Positions 51,101 through 54,464 of a stretch of 54,464 bases of DNA are shown piece by piece. The stretch is taken from positions 62,001 through 116,464 of the forward strand of contig CAUYUJ010000239.1 in the NCBI GenBank assembly GCA_963575745.1, in the 5' to 3' direction. This stretch comes from Prorocentrum cordatum. Lineage: Eukaryota. Numbering within the stretch: position 1 is the first letter of the stretch; the number at the start of each line of letters is the position of its first letter. Both the position numbers and the translations under genes were made by a program. The notes under the pieces were generated by a model that saw only the letters and a list, made by a program, of their open reading frames with translations, did no database searches and had not been told where the DNA came from.

Positions 51101-52415
51101 ACAGTGCTTTTCGATAGTAATATTCACCCGATCGAGCTGAGATCAAGATGGCGAGCGGGAATAAGATCGAATATCACGGGAAAAAATACTAGAGCTCTAA
51201 CGAATGTTCAAATTTTGAGAACAAAATTTTCAACCGACCAAAAGTTGTCAAAAGTTCAGTCGAGATTTTTCGAGCCAACTGGACGCCGGCGGTAAACCGT
51301 CAACCTTGGTTACCGCCGGGAGACTCGTAGAGCTTCCAGCTCGACTGAATTTGAGAACACCGAGAACCTACCAACATTCCGACTCATAGTAAATATTTTG
51401 TGTCTCTCAATGCGACAGGCGGACGCGTCTGATGTCTGCAAGTCGACTTCTATCATTACCAGCCCTGCAGCCACCCTACAGCCCGAGTTGAGTGCAGAAA
51501 ACTGACTGCACCTCTCAGGATGACTCCAACAATACAATAGTTTCGCAGACCTAATTCGGGCAGCAGACGAGTTCAGAGCTCTGGTCCGCAGGCGGATGCG
51601 CCTGATGTCTCTGAATCGATTGCTGTCCCCAGCCGCACTGTAGCCTCCCCCCAGCACGAAATACCGACAGCACTTCTCAGGATGACTCGAACAATTCGAA
51701 TAGTCTTGCGAACCTAGCTCGGGCAGCAGGCCAAGTTCAGTGCTCTCGAGTCAACGAACAAAGGCGCCTGGTCATTTCCAATAGATTTCTGTGACTACGA
51801 GCTCTGTAGCTGCCCTACGGCGCGAGTTAAGTACAGAAAACCGAGGGCGCCTATCAAGATGACCCAAATAATACGAATAGGTTTGCGGACCTAGCTCGGC
51901 TAGCAGACCGAGTTCAGACCTCTAGATTTAACAGGCGAACGCGCCTAATCATTCTGACTGCGATAGATGTGCTTGCCAGCTCTGTAGCTGCCTTACAGCT
52001 CGAGTTAAGACCAGAAAACCGAGAGTTTCTGTAAAGATAACTCGAATAATACGAACAGGTTTCCGCACCTAGCCCGGCTCACAGACCGAGTTCAGACCTC
52101 TGGGTCCAACAGGCGAACGCGCCTGATCATTCTGCATGCATTAGCTGTCTTACCAGCTCTGTAGCTGCCCTAGAGCTCGAGTTATGTTCAGAAAACCGAC
52201 AGCGCGTATCAAGATGACTCGAAACGGGCGTTCCCGCCACAGTGCTTTTTGGCCTTCGAAGTTACCGGATCGAGCTGAGATCAAGATGGCGAGCGGGAAT
52301 AAGATCGAATATCACGGGAAAGAACACTAGAGCTCTAACGAATGGTCAAATTTCGAGACCAAAATTTTCAACTGAGCAAAAGTCAGCAAAAGTTCCGTCG
52401 AGATTTTTCTTGCCA

Positions 52416-53476
52416 CTGGGCGCCGGCGGTAATCCGTCAACCTTTCGAACCGCCGGGGGACTCGTAGAGCTTCCTGACAACATATAATGTCGAAAAAAAT
52501 TGCAGAGAACGAATAGTTTTTCAGTCCAACTCGAGTATCAGACCGAGTTCAGACCTCTGAATGCGACAGACGGACGCGTCTGATGTCTCCGAATCGATTC
52601 ATGTGATTACCCGCCCTGCAGCCTCCCTACAGCCCGAGTTAAGTGCAGAACGCCGACAGTAGCTCTCAAGATGACTGGAAGAATACAAACAGTTTCGTGA
52701 TTCTGGATCGCGCAGCAGACCGAGTTCAGAGCTCTGGAGTCGACAGACAAACGCGACTGATGATTCTGAATCGTTTTCTGTAACTATCAGAGTAGCTCGA
52801 GTAGCTCGAGCTCGAGTTAAGTACAGGAAACCGGGAGCGCCTATCAAGATCATTTGAATAATACGAATAGGTTTGCGGACCTGCCTCGGCTAGCAGACCG
52901 AGTTCAGACCTCTGGTTCGAACAGCCGAACGCGCCTGATCATTCTCAGTGCGATAAGTGTGCTTACCAGCACTGTGGATGCCCTACAGCTCGAGTTAAGT
53001 AGAAAATACCGACAACGCGTATCAAGTTGACTCCAATAATACGAATAGGTTTGCGGACCTATGGTTCAGCTCGGCTAGCAGACCGAGTTGAGACCTATCG
53101 ATTCAACAGGCGAACGCGCCTGATGATTCTGAGTGCGATAGGTGCTTACCAGCACAATAGCTGCCCTACAGCGCAAGTTAAGTACAAAATACCGACAACG
53201 CGTATCAAGATGACTCGAAACCGCCGTTCCTGCCTGCCTGCTTTTGGCCTTCAAAGTTACCCGATCGAGCTGAGATCAAGACGGCGAGCGGGAATAAGAT
53301 CGAATATCACGGGAAAGAATACTAGAGCTCTAACGAATGGTCAAATTTCGAGAATTTCAACTGAGCAAAAGTCAGCAAAAGTTACGTCGAGATTTTTCTT
53401 GCCAACTATCTCTCCAGCGCGCCGGAATTACTCTTCGCTTCCAGCTATAACTAGCTAAGGGGAGCTCTACGAGTTA
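52416..53476 (-). mobile_element. Intact family-A element
   Basis: Both termini present. Confidence 0.82.
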
Positions 53477-54464
53477 CTAGCTGTGGAGCGTCCAAAACCC
53501 GGATAGCGAAGCCACTGGGCGCCGGCGGAAACCGTCAACTTTGATTACCGCCGGGGAACTCCTAGAGCTTCCTAACTCGACTTAAGTTGAGAAAACAGAC
53601 AGCACTTGACAACAATCTGATTTATAGTGAATAGTTTTTGACTTCTAAATACGACAGACGCGTCTGATGTCTGCAAATCGACTTCTGTCATTACGAACCC
53701 TGCAGCCCCCCTACAGCCCGAATTAAGTGCAGAAACCCGACAGCACCTCTCAGGATGACTCGAACAATAGGAATAGTTTCGCGAACCTAGTTCGGGCAGC
53801 AGACAGATTTCAGAGCTCTAGATTCGACATCCGGACGCGCCTGATGTCTTCAAATCGATCCCAGTCATTACCAGCCATGCAGCCCCCTAGAGCCCGAGTT
53901 AAGTCCAGGTAACCGACATTATTTCGCAGGCGACGCGAGCAATACGAATAGTTTCGCGATTCTAGATCACGCAGCAGGCCGAGTTTAGAGCTCTGGAGTC
54001 GACAAACAAACGCAACTAATGATTCTGAATTGGTCCTCTGAATCAGCTCTGTAGCTGTCCTACAGCTCGAGTTAAGTGCAGAATACCGAGCGTTTCTGTC
54101 AAAATGACTCGAATAATACAAACAGGTTTATGACTCTGAGTTCAGACTTCGGGATTGAACAGGCGAACGCACCTGATAATTCTGCATGCTGCCTGCGCTT
54201 ACCAGCTCTGTAGCTGCCCTAGAGCTCGATTTATCTTCAGAAAACCGTCAGCGCACATCAAGATGCCTCAAACCGATCAATCCGGTCACAGTGCTTTTCG
54301 ATAGTAATATTCACCCAATGAAATCAAATATCACGGGAAAAATACTAGAGCTCTAACGAATGGTCAAATTTTCAGAACAAAATTTTCAACCGAGCAAAAG
54401 TTGTTAAAAGTTCAGTCCAGATTTTTCGAGACAACTAGCTGTTGGGCGCGCCCGAATTACTCTT

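Larger units (their letters stand above)
29180..54464. mobile_element. Large nested array of family A/B/C Helitron2-like non-autonomous elements
   Basis: Termini (a|ctgg.cgccggcggt) at 29180, 30003, 30996, 31030, 31383, 32534, 33602, 33782, 35798, 36868, 37867, 38265, 39445, 40494, ~41423, 42407, 43372, 44423, 46023, 47061, 49096, 49377, 50304, 51279, 52416, 53515. C-type termini at 44382, 45677, 50275. Confidence 0.9.

Noticed and set aside
29248..54121. Many recurring 60-140-aa ORFs (e.g. MLFDSNIHPIELRSRW...)
   Set aside because: They are translations of the repeated non-coding elements. Frames break differently between copies and no transposase motifs are present.
29180..54464. MITEs or a head-to-tail array of truncated retroelements
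   Set aside because: The inverted repeats are asymmetric, there are no TSDs or tails, and the apparent truncations resume downstream.

Overview
A repeat-dense eukaryotic window, GC-rich and microsatellite-laden. A dinoflagellate-like genome is plausible but cannot be proven from this sequence. No intact host gene is evident. The right ~25 kb (29180-54464), and patches of 13.5-24.9 kb, look like satellite DNA but resolve into a nested stack of non-autonomous elements from at least four families (called A-D here). All four share Helitron2/HLE2-type ends: a 5' T plus 5' hairpin, asymmetric terminal inverted repeats (ATIRs), a 3' hairpin, a CCAG/CAAG end followed by a host T, and no target-site duplication (TSD). 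They insert preferentially at the 5' hairpin of earlier copies. Between 32534 and 47060 the nesting is at least 10 layers deep and closes last-in-first-out at nearly single-base precision. Family A carries internal ~177-bp tandem repeats. The window also holds an APE-RT LINE (15857-21085, minus strand) with an open 1245-aa ORF2 and three unusual traits: a circularly permuted RNase H, WADN instead of YADD, and ORF2 in frame with ORF1 across a single UGA-CGG with no AUG before the first endonuclease motif. Two decayed relatives at 24960-29179 confirm the first two traits. The left 13 kb holds microsatellites, a ~1-kb tandem repeat with a TSD-flanked insertion, and pseudogene fragments.
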